From an uncultured delta proteobacterium (lineage in GTDB: Bacteria; Desulfobacterota; Zymogenia; Zymogenales; Zymogenaceae): a stretch of DNA of 64,000 bases. The stretch lies in the NCBI GenBank assembly GCA_963792965.1, contig CAWBYW010000007.1:576001-640000 (forward strand). Reading direction: 5' to 3'. The notes beneath the pieces were generated by a model. It did not search any database. It was not told the origin of the DNA and saw only the letters and a program-made list of their open reading frames with translations. Below are positions 21,643 to 31,590 of this stretch, piece after piece. The position numbers and the translations under genes were made by a program. Each line of letters begins with the position of its first letter. Within the stretch, counting starts at the first letter, position 1.

Positions 21643-21974
21643 CACCCCAAAAAGCAGGCTTCATGGGGGCCCCGGTGAGAGAGGAGAGAACAAACACGAA
21701 ACGGACACCATAAATGGTGTCCCTACAGGTTCTAACACAAGCCGGGTATATCGGTTGTAGGGACACGATTCATCGTGTCCGGCGGCTCCCCCAAAATCTC
21801 CAACCCACCGTCATTGCGAGCCCCGGAGGGGCGCGGCAATCCCCTGACTATGGAGGAAAGATCAGCGGTTAACCGGCGTTTGCGGGACGTAGTCAGGGCA
21901 TTGCTTCGTCGCTTACGCTCCTCGCAATGACGGGATGAATCACCCCAAAAACGCAAGCGTTTTTGGGGGCCCCG
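21643..21974. repeat. Mosaic cluster of short palindromic repeats (families C, B, B, A, C)
   Basis: CACCCC hairpin at 21643, inverted GTAG-REP pair 21703-21780, family A element 21808-21933 and CACCCC hairpin 21941-21974. Confidence 0.8.
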
Positions 21975-22063
21975 ACAGGGCGAAGAAAGACGAGAGAAAA
22001 CGTGAGAGGTGGCAGTCTGAGGATGGGGACCACCCCGGGGAACCCGGCTATCGGGCCGTCTCG

Positions 22064-22942
22064 TCAGCGCGCCCCTTCCGGGAGGTCCTTCACCCTTTTC
22101 GCCACCACGAGGCCGATGTAAAGCATCCAGAGTATCAGCCCGATATGGAGCACGTCGTTGGCGGAAAACCAGACGCCCCGGTCCCATAGTTTCTCCGTGT
22201 ATCCGAGCCCAAGGTAAACGAAGTACGCGGCCATCACGGCACCCAGGAAGAGCCAGGTGATCATGAGGAAGAGGTCCATCTTCTCCCTCAGTCTCGCGTA
22301 CCGTATCGTGTTTACGACGAAAAAGATCACATAGCTCGGCCCGGTGAATAAGACCATCAGCTCAAAAGAGACCATGACCTTGTCCGGGATGAAGGCCCCG
22401 AAAAGACAGATGACAAAATAGACGGCCGTGTTTGCCGCCGCGTAGACCGGCAGCACCCTTCTCGAGACCCTTCCGGCCGAGGAGCGGACTACCCCCATCA
22501 TCATGGCGTTGATGCTTGCGACCGTGAACAGGAGATAGTAGACTTCCCACCAGCTTGTCCACGAGCAGACATCTTTGCCGGCGCATTTTATTTCGTAGCC
22601 GAAGGCCTGATAGCTGGTGCCGGCAAGGATCGCCCCGGCGCCCCACAACAGCAGCGCCACGCCCCACCAGAGGCGGGACTTCTGATTTCCCCGAATCCGC
22701 AGGAAGTAAAGACCGACGGCGATGGTAAAGAGACCGAGGAAGTAGATAAGCGCGGACGACGTGGGCTGCGTGAGGACGAACTTCAGCGGGCCCAGGGACA
22801 CGTCCACGTGGGGCTGGATCTGCAGCCACGTTTGAGGGGTCTGTTCCGGGCAACAATACGGTATGGTGCCCAGCCGGCCGCAGGCCGATAAAATAAATAG
22901 AGACACTATGAGCAACAGAGACTTCCCGGCGTTCATCGGCAT
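22064..22942 (-). CDS. Multi-pass membrane protein with lipoprotein-like N-terminus
   Basis: Signal ...LFILSACG then about 7 hydrophobic segments; C-terminal NDVLH motif. Confidence 0.65.
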   Translation of the reverse strand: MPMNAGKSLLLIVSLFILSACGRLGTIPYCCPEQTPQTWLQIQPHVDVSLGPLKFVLTQPTSSALIYFLGLFTIAVGLYFLRIRGNQKSRLWWGVALLLWGAGAILAGTSYQAFGYEIKCAGKDVCSWTSWWEVYYLLFTVASINAMMMGVVRSSAGRVSRRVLPVYAAANTAVYFVICLFGAFIPDKVMVSFELMVLFTGPSYVIFFVVNTIRYARLREKMDLFLMITWLFLGAVMAAYFVYLGLGYTEKLWDRGVWFSANDVLHIGLILWMLYIGLVVAKRVKDLPEGAR

Positions 22943-23127
22943 CCTCACGTATCGGTTCGAGAAAGAGGGGGCGGGTATTCTCGTGTCATCACCCCGGAAA
23001 ACTTCGTTTTTCCGGGGGCCCCGATAAAGGACGGCTCCTCGCAATAAGTAAAAGGGGTCAGGTCTTCATTTAACTCATTCTTTCTATAAGTCCAAAGAAT
23101 CACCCATTGCCCTTCCGACGAAATGGA

Positions 23128-23289
23128 TTAACCTCGACAATTACCTCCCCTTTCTTTTCCCTTACACTCGTCGCAGAGTTCATCGTCGGATGGTTTCGTT
23201 TCCTGTTCGACATACTTGGCTAACGGCCAACCGGAGCAGTTCTTACACCAATGCCAAATGTCTTTGTCTTTTCCCCTGCGATAGATCAT
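23128..23289 (-). CDS. 53-aa Cys/His-rich putative Zn-binding protein (below ORF-track cutoff)
   Basis: GGAGG RBS; translation MIYRRGKDKDIWHWCKNCSGWPLAKYVEQETKPSDDELCDECKGKERGGNCRG. Confidence 0.7.
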   Translation of the reverse strand: MIYRRGKDKDIWHWCKNCSGWPLAKYVEQETKPSDDELCDECKGKERGGNCRG

Positions 23290-23330
23290 ACTATGCCTCC
23301 TTCAAGAGAGATCTCGTAAAATATGTTACT

Positions 23331-23945
23331 CTACCTTTTGCTCATAAGACAAACCCAGGCTCTCGGTGGATTCGGATGATCGGATTCGAAGTGGCTGGAA
23401 TAGAGCGTAAGAATTTCAAAAAGCTGTTCGACGGCGACGACGATATCCTTAGCCGAGCGCCGGGGGGGTCCCCCAAAGGGGCCCGGACCGCGAGGCGGTT
23501 CGTCGGCGCTTCCAATAATGCTGAGCCACAGGCCGCCTTTTTCCAGGTGGTCCGCGACTCTTTCGGAAAAATTCTTGCGGACTTCATCGGAATCGAAAGA
23601 GTGAAAACAACCCCGGTCGAATACGAGGCCGAAAGGTTTGCCGGGGACTTCCTGTTTAAGGAAATCGATCAATAAGAATGTGCAATCGACGCCGGCTTTC
23701 GAGGAATTTTCTTTGGCATTTCTCAGCGCAATTTCGGAAACATCCACACCCGTTACGGTGAAACCTTTTTGCGCAAGCCAAACAGAATTCATCCCGCTGC
23801 CACATCCTATATCGAGAGCCTTGCACTTTTGAATCTGCCTTTCAGCCACGATATCAATCAGGTTAAAATCCGGCCTTCCGATATCCCAGGGCGTCGTTCC
23901 CGCCTTATAAAGCTCTTTATACCGCTCTTCTTCTGATTTTGACAT
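23331..23945 (-). CDS. Class I SAM-dependent methyltransferase (TPMT/TehB-like)
   Basis: TPWDIG, ALDIGCGSG, VTGVDVS and LVFDRGCFH. Confidence 0.85.
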   Translation of the reverse strand: MSKSEEERYKELYKAGTTPWDIGRPDFNLIDIVAERQIQKCKALDIGCGSGMNSVWLAQKGFTVTGVDVSEIALRNAKENSSKAGVDCTFLLIDFLKQEVPGKPFGLVFDRGCFHSFDSDEVRKNFSERVADHLEKGGLWLSIIGSADEPPRGPGPFGGPPRRSAKDIVVAVEQLFEILTLYSSHFESDHPNPPRAWVCLMSKR

Positions 23946-23962
23946 GTTATGCCCTTTTGTGC

Positions 23963-24727
23963 CTATACCAATGCTATTACTATCACGAGCACTATGAGAA
24001 AGAGCGTCAGGGCGCCCATGCAGGATCGGGGGCTCACGGGGCCTTTCGCCGGCTCTATCGGCGCGTGGGTGTCGCCGGCCCCGGGCGTAAATGAACCCTC
24101 CTGCCGCCCGTCATATCCCGAATATCCGCTCCTCACCTCGGCCGCGATTCCGAGGGACCCAAGCACCTTCGCGAGGCTCTCGGCCGTCTCTTTCGTCAGG
24201 CCGGCGTAGGCCGCCCCCGGCCCGGACTCGACGAGGTCCTTGGCCTCCTTCAGCCCGAGCTTTGTAAACTGCCGGATCACCTTGATGACCTTTATCTCGT
24301 CCGAGCCCCCGTCTGTAAGGACCACGGCATAGTCCGGGGCATCGGCCCGCTCGCTGCCGGAATCCGTCTTGATCTCTCCGACACCCGTGGCGGCCCTGAC
24401 CTCGGCCCGCGCGCCGGCGGCCTCCAGGTCCCTTTTGACGTTCTCGGCGACGTCCTCGGCGATCCCGGAGCAAACCGCCCCCGGGGCGGACTCGGCAAGA
24501 TCCTTGGCCTCTTTCAGCCCAAGGTCCGTATATTGCCGGATCACCTTGATGACCTCGATTATCCTTTTTCCCGGGGAGAGCAGGTACACCTCATAGCCCG
24601 TTTCCCCGGAAGCCCCCCACCCACCGGGCCCGGCATCTTCCACAAGCTTGCCGCCGCAGATGGCGCAATATTTGGCGTCGGGGCTCTTTTCGACGTGGCC
24701 GCACTTCGGATCCGCGCATCTTTTCAT
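23963..24727 (-). CDS. Zn-ribbon + two ribosomal L7/L12 C-terminal-like domains + C-terminal TM helix
   Basis: CADPKCGH..YCAICG; two copies of (I/K)xVIKVIRQxTxLGLKEAKDLxES; terminal ALTLFLIVLVIVIALV. Start 24727 has a GGAAGG RBS (alternative start 24829). Confidence 0.8.
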   Translation of the reverse strand: MKRCADPKCGHVEKSPDAKYCAICGGKLVEDAGPGGWGASGETGYEVYLLSPGKRIIEVIKVIRQYTDLGLKEAKDLAESAPGAVCSGIAEDVAENVKRDLEAAGARAEVRAATGVGEIKTDSGSERADAPDYAVVLTDGGSDEIKVIKVIRQFTKLGLKEAKDLVESGPGAAYAGLTKETAESLAKVLGSLGIAAEVRSGYSGYDGRQEGSFTPGAGDTHAPIEPAKGPVSPRSCMGALTLFLIVLVIVIALV

Positions 24728-25109
24728 GTCATCCTTCCACAAGAAGCTCATATACTGTTCAAAGGTAAGAGGGCTCCCGTCTCCGTTTATCGCCTGTTGG
24801 CCGTAACGGCGGTATACCCTCTTCTCCATTCCTCAACCGGATTATAGGTAAAATCCTCGACCCAAATCAATAAATAAAATTTACGCGTATCTCCATTAGC
24901 TCTATGCCCCGCTACTGCCGCGGGCGGAGGATGTAACTATCACTTCACGGGGATTGCCGGGCCCTTCGGGCCCTCGCAATGACGCGTGGTTCGGACGGTC
25001 GGGATATGCCACCCCACGAAACTTCGGTTTCTGCGGGCACTCCGATGAAGAGATAAAACGGCGCATTGACGGCTTTTGCCGTAGTCGTGTCCGTTTGCGA
25101 TCTTTTTCC

Positions 25110-25140
25110 TTGACAATCGCACCATGGATATAGTAGATTA
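25110..25140 (+). promoter_or_regulatory. Putative sigma70 promoter for the tetR-ACAD-adc unit
   Basis: TTGACA at 25110 with TATAGT/TAGATT downstream. Confidence 0.45.
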
Positions 25141-25228
25141 TTCTTTAGCTGCAGTGAATACTATAGCCAAAGCATGAAGGCCTAAACGGAAAGGCGCGAA
25201 CCCGCGGGAAGATAATCGAGGTTGCCCC

Positions 25229-25843
25229 ATGGAGAACATCGTCCAGAAAACGAAGGCGAGGCTCACGGAGTACGAGAACAGGCACCAGCGGATTATTGGA
25301 GCCGCCATGCGGCTCTTCAACGCCAAGGGCTATGCGGCGACGACGACCGCGAGCATCGCCAATGATGCCGGCGTCACGGAAAAGACGATGTACGGGCATT
25401 TCGCCAGCAAGGAGGTGCTGTTTGAGGCATGTATCCAGTCCATCACGGGGCAGATGGCCGCGATCTGGCAGGAGGCGTTGGAAAACAACAGAGACGATGA
25501 CCTCGCCTACCTGAAGGCCGTGGCACGCTCGTACGTGGACTTCGTGATCGACAACCCGGACAAATCCATGTTCCTCGTCCACCTCTACAGCTACCGCGTC
25601 ATCCCCGAGCTGGACGAGGGCTTTCGGAAGGCCGTCGAAGAGCGGCTGAACGAGGCCGAGAGGGTCATCGGGTCGCTGCAGAAAAAGGGGCAGGTCCGGC
25701 TCGACATGCACCCCCGCGTGCTGGCCGGCGCGTTCCTCGGCCAATACTTCACCGCGGTCTTCCTGAACGAGTTCCTCGGGCCCCATCTCTACAACACCGA
25801 GACGGCCATGGAAATGACCACGCGGTTCTTGGGAATCGACTGA
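25229..25843 (+). CDS. TetR/AcrR-family regulator
   Basis: IIGAAMRLFNAKGYAATTTASIANDAGVTEKTMYGHFASKE helix-turn-helix. Confidence 0.9.
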   Translation: MENIVQKTKARLTEYENRHQRIIGAAMRLFNAKGYAATTTASIANDAGVTEKTMYGHFASKEVLFEACIQSITGQMAAIWQEALENNRDDDLAYLKAVARSYVDFVIDNPDKSMFLVHLYSYRVIPELDEGFRKAVEERLNEAERVIGSLQKKGQVRLDMHPRVLAGAFLGQYFTAVFLNEFLGPHLYNTETAMEMTTRFLGID

Positions 25844-25919
25844 AGCCCCCCGGCGCGGGGACCAACCGGACCGTAAACACGTACGGGACATGGAGCCCCA
25901 CCTTTAAAGGAATCACGAA

Positions 25920-27140
25920 ATGGCATATCGAGACATCGACATCAACCTCACGGACGAACAGAAAGGTCTGCGCGACATGGCCCGGAAGTTCGGGGCCGAA
26001 GTCATGCGCCCCGCCGGGTTCGCGCTGGATAAGTGTGCGGACCCGGCCGACGTGATCAAGAAGGGGTCCGTCTTGTGGGACGTCATCAAACAGTTCCGCG
26101 GGCTGGGCCTCCATAAGGCCGGCATACCGCGAGCGCTCGGCGGGAGCATGGAGGACGTGGACGCCATGTCCGGCTTACTTATAGCCGAAGAGATGGGCTA
26201 CGCCGACGCGGGGCTGACCATCAGCCTGGGCGTATCGGCCATACCCTTTTCCATGGCCGCGCTCTTCCCGAACCCGAAGATGAGGGGCCTGGCGCGGGCG
26301 TACGCCGAGGATACGGAAGGCGAGCTCATCGGGTGCTGGGCCATCACCGAGCCCGACCACGGCTCGGACTATACCCACGGGGACGACGACCCACGATGCG
26401 GCCCGTCGGTCAGAGGCGTTCTGAAGGGGGACGAATATATCGTCAACGGCCAGAAGTCGGCCTGGGTCAGCAACGGCACCATCGCCACGCACGCGGTTCT
26501 CCACGTCGGCCTCGATCCCTCGGTGGGGATGAGGGGCCAGGGCCTGGCCGTCATACCGCTTGACCTGCCCGGGATCTCCCGGGGCAAACCGCTGGACAAG
26601 ATCGGGCAGCGCGCCCTCAACCAGGGGGAGATCATCTTCGAGGATGCCCGGATACCCAAGGAGTATATGGTGCTCACCCCCGAAATGGGGGTCCTGCACG
26701 CCATGCGCGAAACGAGCCTGTCCCAGGTGAACGGCGGCATGGCCATCGTCTTTGCAGGCCTGGCCAAGGCCGCCTACGATGAGGCCTTTCGCTACGCCGG
26801 ACAGCGTATCCAGGGCGGCGTGCCCATCATCGAGCATCAGAACATCAGGCTGAAGCTCTTCAGGATGTTTACCCTGGTCGAGGCTGCCCGCGGGGCCGTC
26901 CGCCGGATGGCCCTGTACAATGCGGTCAACCGGCCGCCCTCGGGGGCGCATGCCGTGGCCTGCAAGTGCTTCTCCACTGAAACCGCCTTCAGGGTGGCGA
27001 GCGAGGGGATCCAGATCCTGGGTGGAAACGGCCTGAGCAAGGAGTACGGGCTCGAAAAGATGTTCCGGGACGCGCGGGCGTCCATGATCGAGGACGGCGT
27101 CAATGAAAGCCTCGCGCTGGGCGCTTTCGAATATCTTTAG
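25920..27140 (+). CDS. Acyl-CoA dehydrogenase
   Basis: CWAITEPDHGSD, NGQKSAWVSNG, KIGQRAL, RIQGG and IQILGGNG..EKMFRDAR. Confidence 0.92.
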   Translation: MAYRDIDINLTDEQKGLRDMARKFGAEVMRPAGFALDKCADPADVIKKGSVLWDVIKQFRGLGLHKAGIPRALGGSMEDVDAMSGLLIAEEMGYADAGLTISLGVSAIPFSMAALFPNPKMRGLARAYAEDTEGELIGCWAITEPDHGSDYTHGDDDPRCGPSVRGVLKGDEYIVNGQKSAWVSNGTIATHAVLHVGLDPSVGMRGQGLAVIPLDLPGISRGKPLDKIGQRALNQGEIIFEDARIPKEYMVLTPEMGVLHAMRETSLSQVNGGMAIVFAGLAKAAYDEAFRYAGQRIQGGVPIIEHQNIRLKLFRMFTLVEAARGAVRRMALYNAVNRPPSGAHAVACKCFSTETAFRVASEGIQILGGNGLSKEYGLEKMFRDARASMIEDGVNESLALGAFEYL

Positions 27141-27176
27141 ACCGACTAACCGGGAACCACAGAGAGGGGGTAACCC

Positions 27177-27971
27177 ATGGGTTTTGTGAAATCATTGGAT
27201 GAGATTTTGGCCTCACGTCGTGAGACTGCTGATTTCTACGATGCTGAGATGCTTACCGTTTTCTGGGAGACGAAGCCCGAGATCGTGCGTCGTTTGCTGC
27301 CGCCCATGCTCAAGCCGGCCGCACGCCCCATAGTCATGGCCTTTGTGGCCGACTACCCCCGCACGAATTTCGACGTGACCTACCACGAAAGCGCGCTTTT
27401 CCTGAGGGCTCAGTGGGAAGGGGTGGAGGGCGGCTACTGCCTGTCCATGCCGGTGACCAGCGACATGGCCATGGCGGGCGGGCGGGAGATTTATGGATTT
27501 CCAAAGAAAATCGCCGAGATCGGACTGAATCGCAAGGGGAATACCCTGGAGGGGTGGACGGAGCGGCGGGGCATACGCTTCATGGAAATCCGGGCGAAAA
27601 TGAGCGGAAAGCTTAATGAGGCCGATGCCCAGTCCGTGCTGATGAGCGGGGGTATAAATCCGGACGGCTCGATGGAAGGCGTTTCCTACAATTTCAAGAA
27701 CTTTCCCGCGCCGGAAGGCATGGGCTTTGATTACAACCCCCGTCTGGTGAAACAGGTAACGACTCTGAGACCGAAAGAGGTCCAGATCGGGGAGGCGGAG
27801 GTTCTCCTCAAGCCGTCGGATTATGATCCGTGGGCAGAGGTAGAGATCGTCAGGGTCCTGGGCGCCGTCTTTATCGTGGGCGACAATTCCATGAAGAGCG
27901 GCGCGGTTGTCGCCGAAATGGACCCGATGGAATTTGCGCCCTACGCTTTCTTGAAATGGGACATGAAATAA
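27177..27971 (+). CDS. Acetoacetate decarboxylase-like superfamily protein
   Basis: RRLLPP, YHESAL and GGREIYGFPKK (Schiff-base Lys motif). Confidence 0.85.
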   Translation: MGFVKSLDEILASRRETADFYDAEMLTVFWETKPEIVRRLLPPMLKPAARPIVMAFVADYPRTNFDVTYHESALFLRAQWEGVEGGYCLSMPVTSDMAMAGGREIYGFPKKIAEIGLNRKGNTLEGWTERRGIRFMEIRAKMSGKLNEADAQSVLMSGGINPDGSMEGVSYNFKNFPAPEGMGFDYNPRLVKQVTTLRPKEVQIGEAEVLLKPSDYDPWAEVEIVRVLGAVFIVGDNSMKSGAVVAEMDPMEFAPYAFLKWDMK

Positions 27972-28396
27972 GGCGTCTCCCGTCCGCAAGCTCCCGGGGA
28001 TAGAGTAGGCGACGTTGCGCCGGGCTCTGAAGGTGGAGTTGCAGACTCCCTCCGACCCACCGTCGTTGTGAGTCCCCCCGAATGTCACCCCGCAAATGCA
28101 AGGGACCCCGCTATCTCTCCACGAAGCGCGCTTTTTTTCTGGCCGGCGACAGATACTGCTTGAACTTGCATCATCGTTGCGCTATTGTGTGACCGAGCAT
28201 CTCCGCTCATTCTACTCTTCCTGCGATGACGTGTTGGTCTCTTTATGCTCGAATACGCGATAAAACGATGGGCCGACAGCAAAACCTGAAAATCATAAAA
28301 GCCGAAACATCCACCGTGCCTTTTCATTTTTGCCCCCGGCTCCGTGTCTCATCGATATGAGGAACTGATTTTCACCATACGACAGGAGACAATAGT

Positions 28397-28968
28397 ATGA
28401 AAAAGCAGCGTTTTTCGAGGAGATTCTTTTACCCGGTATTCCTGGTATTCATCGTAATGTCCCTGTCATGGGGAGTCTATAATCTCGCCTGGCGGCTTCC
28501 AAGCGTGACGATCCATCATCTGCTCGCCGACATATTCGGGACTCTTCTGTTCCTCTCAGTCACGTTCGGAGCCTGTGTCATATATCCAATGGCCTTCCTC
28601 CGGGGCGCATCTCTCCCGGAACGGGTCCTCGCCTCACTGGTCAACCCGTTCATCTGGGCGACGAAAGAGTGTATCAGGATGTTTGCTTCGTTCAGCCTTT
28701 CGGAGTGCCTCTACTACTACCTGAACCCGCTCAATATCTGGCTCGTTCTGGGAATCATAGCGCAGATGAGCGTCATCGAGATGATACTGCGGTGGAGGCG
28801 CAAGAAGAGAGGCGAGAAGATCCGGGTGTTTACCATCCCCGTGGTTGCCGCTTTCGTGATCAGCATAGCCCTGGTCGTGGGACTGTACGCCTGGGGCAAG
28901 GCGAGAGCATCTTCAGCTATTATCTGGTAATCTATAAGAAGCTATTCGGCCCGGGGGTAGGGCTGTAA
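28397..28968 (+). CDS. Membrane protein (frameshift near 28900)
   Basis: GGAG RBS, about 5 TM segments; C-terminus GQGESIFSYYLVIYKKLFG in the adjacent frame. Confidence 0.6.
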
Positions 28969-28990
28969 TCTTCCTTCAAGGAGGGATACC

Positions 28991-30415
28991 GTGTCCGACC
29001 ATAAAAAAGACGGGATCATTTCCCATCCCCTGAATCGAAGGGATATGCTCAAGGCACTGGCAACGACATCGGCGGCCGGGTTGTTTGGCGTAACGCTTCC
29101 CGAAGCGCTCATGGGAGCGCCCTCTCCCGTTTTGCCTTCGGCGCCGAAACGCCCCAATATCGTATTCATCCTGAGCGACAACTGCCGACACGATTTCATG
29201 AGCTTCATGAAGCACCCGTTTATTCAAACGCCGACACTCGACAGGCTCGCCCGGGAAGGTGTATCGTTTGACAATGCCTTTAACACGACATCGCTCTGCA
29301 GCCCGTCGCGGGCCAGTTTCCTCACCGGGTGCTACGCCCATTCCCACGGGGTCATCAACAACCATTGTTCGTGGACGGGGAAGCGGACGATGTTCCTGGA
29401 GTACCTCAAGCGGGCCGGGTACAACACCGCCTTTATCGGCAAGTTCCACATGCCCGGAAACGGGCTTCCCAATCTCCCGTTTCTGGATACGTTCATATCG
29501 TTCACGATAAAGGAGAACCAGGGTCAGTACTTCAACTGCCCCCTGGTCGTCAACGGGAAGCCCGCCCCGTCGCGGAAGGCATACCTCATCGAGGAGCTCA
29601 CCGACCGGGCGATCGAGTTCCTCGGGCAGGAGAGGGAAAACCCCTTCTGTCTCTATCTCTCATACAAAACGGCCCATCCCCCCTATCTCCCACCCAAAGA
29701 CCTCGCGGGAATCTACAAGGACAAGGTCCCGCCCCTTCCCCCGGAGGTCGACTCGTGGATCGGCAGGACCAACGGGAACGTATTCGAAGGGACCATGGTT
29801 GGCTCGATCCCCGGCCTCTACCGGAGATACTGCGAAGCGATAACCGGCATGGATCGGGAGATCGGCCGTCTCCTCGAAACTATTGACGCATCCCCCCGAA
29901 GAAACGACACCGTGGTCATTTACGCATCCGACAACGGTTATATGTGGGGGGAGCATCGGCTCATCGGGATCAACTGGCACTATGAGGAAGCGATGCGGAT
30001 ACCCTTTATCGTGCGATGCCCCTGGCTTATACCGGACGCTGATACGAGGAGATCACAGATGATGCTCAATATCGATCTTGCCCCGACACTCCTGGATATT
30101 GCGGGCCTCTCGGTGCCGGCGGATATCGAGGGACAGAGCGCCGTCTCCATACTCAGAAACAAGAATGCCTCGGGACGGAACGCATGGCTCTACGAGTACT
30201 ACAAATATTTCCCGGAAAACGTGCCTACCATGCACGGAGTGAGGACACGGACGCACAAATACGTTGAATTTGAAAAAGGGATGAGCCCGGAGCTTTTTGA
30301 TCTGGTAAACGACCCGGCCGAGCGGCGCAACCTCTATGGGACCGCCGAAGGGAACAGACTTCTGCCTGAATTAAGAGCCATGATGGAAGATCTGAAGGCG
30401 GGAAAGCGTTTGTAG
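28991..30415 (+). CDS. Tat-exported Cys-type sulfatase
   Basis: Twin-arginine LNRRDML, RPNIVFILSD, CSPSRASFLTG, GKFH and SDNG. Confidence 0.9.
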   Translation: MSDHKKDGIISHPLNRRDMLKALATTSAAGLFGVTLPEALMGAPSPVLPSAPKRPNIVFILSDNCRHDFMSFMKHPFIQTPTLDRLAREGVSFDNAFNTTSLCSPSRASFLTGCYAHSHGVINNHCSWTGKRTMFLEYLKRAGYNTAFIGKFHMPGNGLPNLPFLDTFISFTIKENQGQYFNCPLVVNGKPAPSRKAYLIEELTDRAIEFLGQERENPFCLYLSYKTAHPPYLPPKDLAGIYKDKVPPLPPEVDSWIGRTNGNVFEGTMVGSIPGLYRRYCEAITGMDREIGRLLETIDASPRRNDTVVIYASDNGYMWGEHRLIGINWHYEEAMRIPFIVRCPWLIPDADTRRSQMMLNIDLAPTLLDIAGLSVPADIEGQSAVSILRNKNASGRNAWLYEYYKYFPENVPTMHGVRTRTHKYVEFEKGMSPELFDLVNDPAERRNLYGTAEGNRLLPELRAMMEDLKAGKRL

Positions 30416-30435
30416 GGACACGATTCATCGTGTAC
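30412..30435 (+). repeat. GTAG-type REP (family B)
   Basis: GTAGGGACACGATTCATCGTGTAC, overlapping the sulfatase TAG stop. Confidence 0.8.
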
Positions 30436-30481
30436 GGCGGCCTGCCCCGAAGCGGCGGGCTTTTTGAGGTGCTGTGCCGGA

Positions 30482-31376
30482 TTATTTCCCCTCGTACGCT
30501 TGCTTCAGGCCCTTTATGTCGATCTTACTCATCTTCAAGAGCGCCGCCATGACCCGCTTCGTCTTGGCGTTGTCGCTATCCTGCATCAGCTCCCCGAGCA
30601 CCGTGGGGACGATCTGCCACGACAGGCCGTAGCGATCCCTCAGCCAGCCGCACGGCTCGGTCTGGCCGCCGTCGGAGAGCTTATCCCACAGCTCGTCCAC
30701 CTCTTTTTGCGTCCCGCAGTTCACGAGCAACGATAACGGCATGCGTGAACGTATAGCCGTGCACCAGGTGACTGTCCATGCCCATGAAGAGCTGGCCGTC
30801 CAACGTGAACTCGGCGTGCTTTACCGTCCCCACGATATCCCCATCGGCCGCGTCGTAGGGCACCATCATCTCTATGCTCGAATTTTTGAAGAGGGAGACA
30901 TAGCGCTTTATCGCCTCCTCGGCCTTTCCCGCCTGCCCACCTGTGAACATGAGACACGGCGCGATCTTTTGCGCGCGAGTAGCGAGGTTCAGTTGCCACG
31001 AGACGCCGTATTTATCCTTGACCCAGCCGTACTTTTCGCTGAAGGGATACGTGTCGAACTTCATCATGACTTCCCCGCCCGCCGAGAGCTTCTCCCACAG
31101 CTTGTCAATTTCCACGCGCGTCGCGCAGTTGACGAAAAAGGACACCGCGGGCGTGAAGCTGAACATCGGGCCGCCGTTGAGCGCCATAAACTCTTGCCCC
31201 TCAATCTCAAACGCCACGATCATCACCGACCCCTTCGGCCTTCCGGAGGCCGCCGCCGCCTCATCTCCGTAGCGTGACATGAAGCCGATCTTGGATTTAT
31301 CGAAAATCGACACGTAAAAATTCACGGCCTCCTCGGCCTGGTGGTCAAACCATAAATGAGGGATGATCTTCTGCAT
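30482..31376 (-). CDS. Tandem VOC/PhnB-like protein (frameshift near 30740)
   Basis: MQKIIPHLWFDHQAEEAVNFY, ALNGGP, YGWVKDKYGVSWQL and CGWLRDRYGLSWQIVP. Confidence 0.88.
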
Positions 31377-31590
31377 GCGTGCCTCCTTAGTTCTTGATAG
31401 TTACCCGACATGAGTCATCGTATATTCGTGTCCGCCGGCCTGGTCGTTGGTCCTCCCGCCATTAGGGGAAAAAGACCTCATACCTCCGTTTGGTTCTTAT
31501 CCATCGGACCGGCACAATACCCCTTCTCTCTTTTTACCTTATAATATTATACCCAAAATACCGGCATCAATCAATACGCGGGATTTACGC

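Noticed and set aside
21328-21974. CRISPR array
   Set aside because: The repeats are heterogeneous and irregularly spaced, with no constant repeat-spacer period and no cas genes.
21732-22187. 151-aa ORF, and similar ORFs at 24940..25125, 31447..31851 and the 5' extension of 16273..17355
   Set aside because: These are translations of palindromic repeats (RHCEE, MNRVPT, VGTRFIVS) with no independent coding evidence.
23963-24727. Genuine ribosomal protein gene rplL
   Set aside because: It lacks the L12 N-terminal domain, has a duplicated CTD, a Zn ribbon and a TM helix, and is not beside rplJ or rpoB.
25170-25215. c-di-GMP-I riboswitch-like words upstream of tetR
   Set aside because: The required GGCAAAC/GACGCAAA layout and paired stems are not present.
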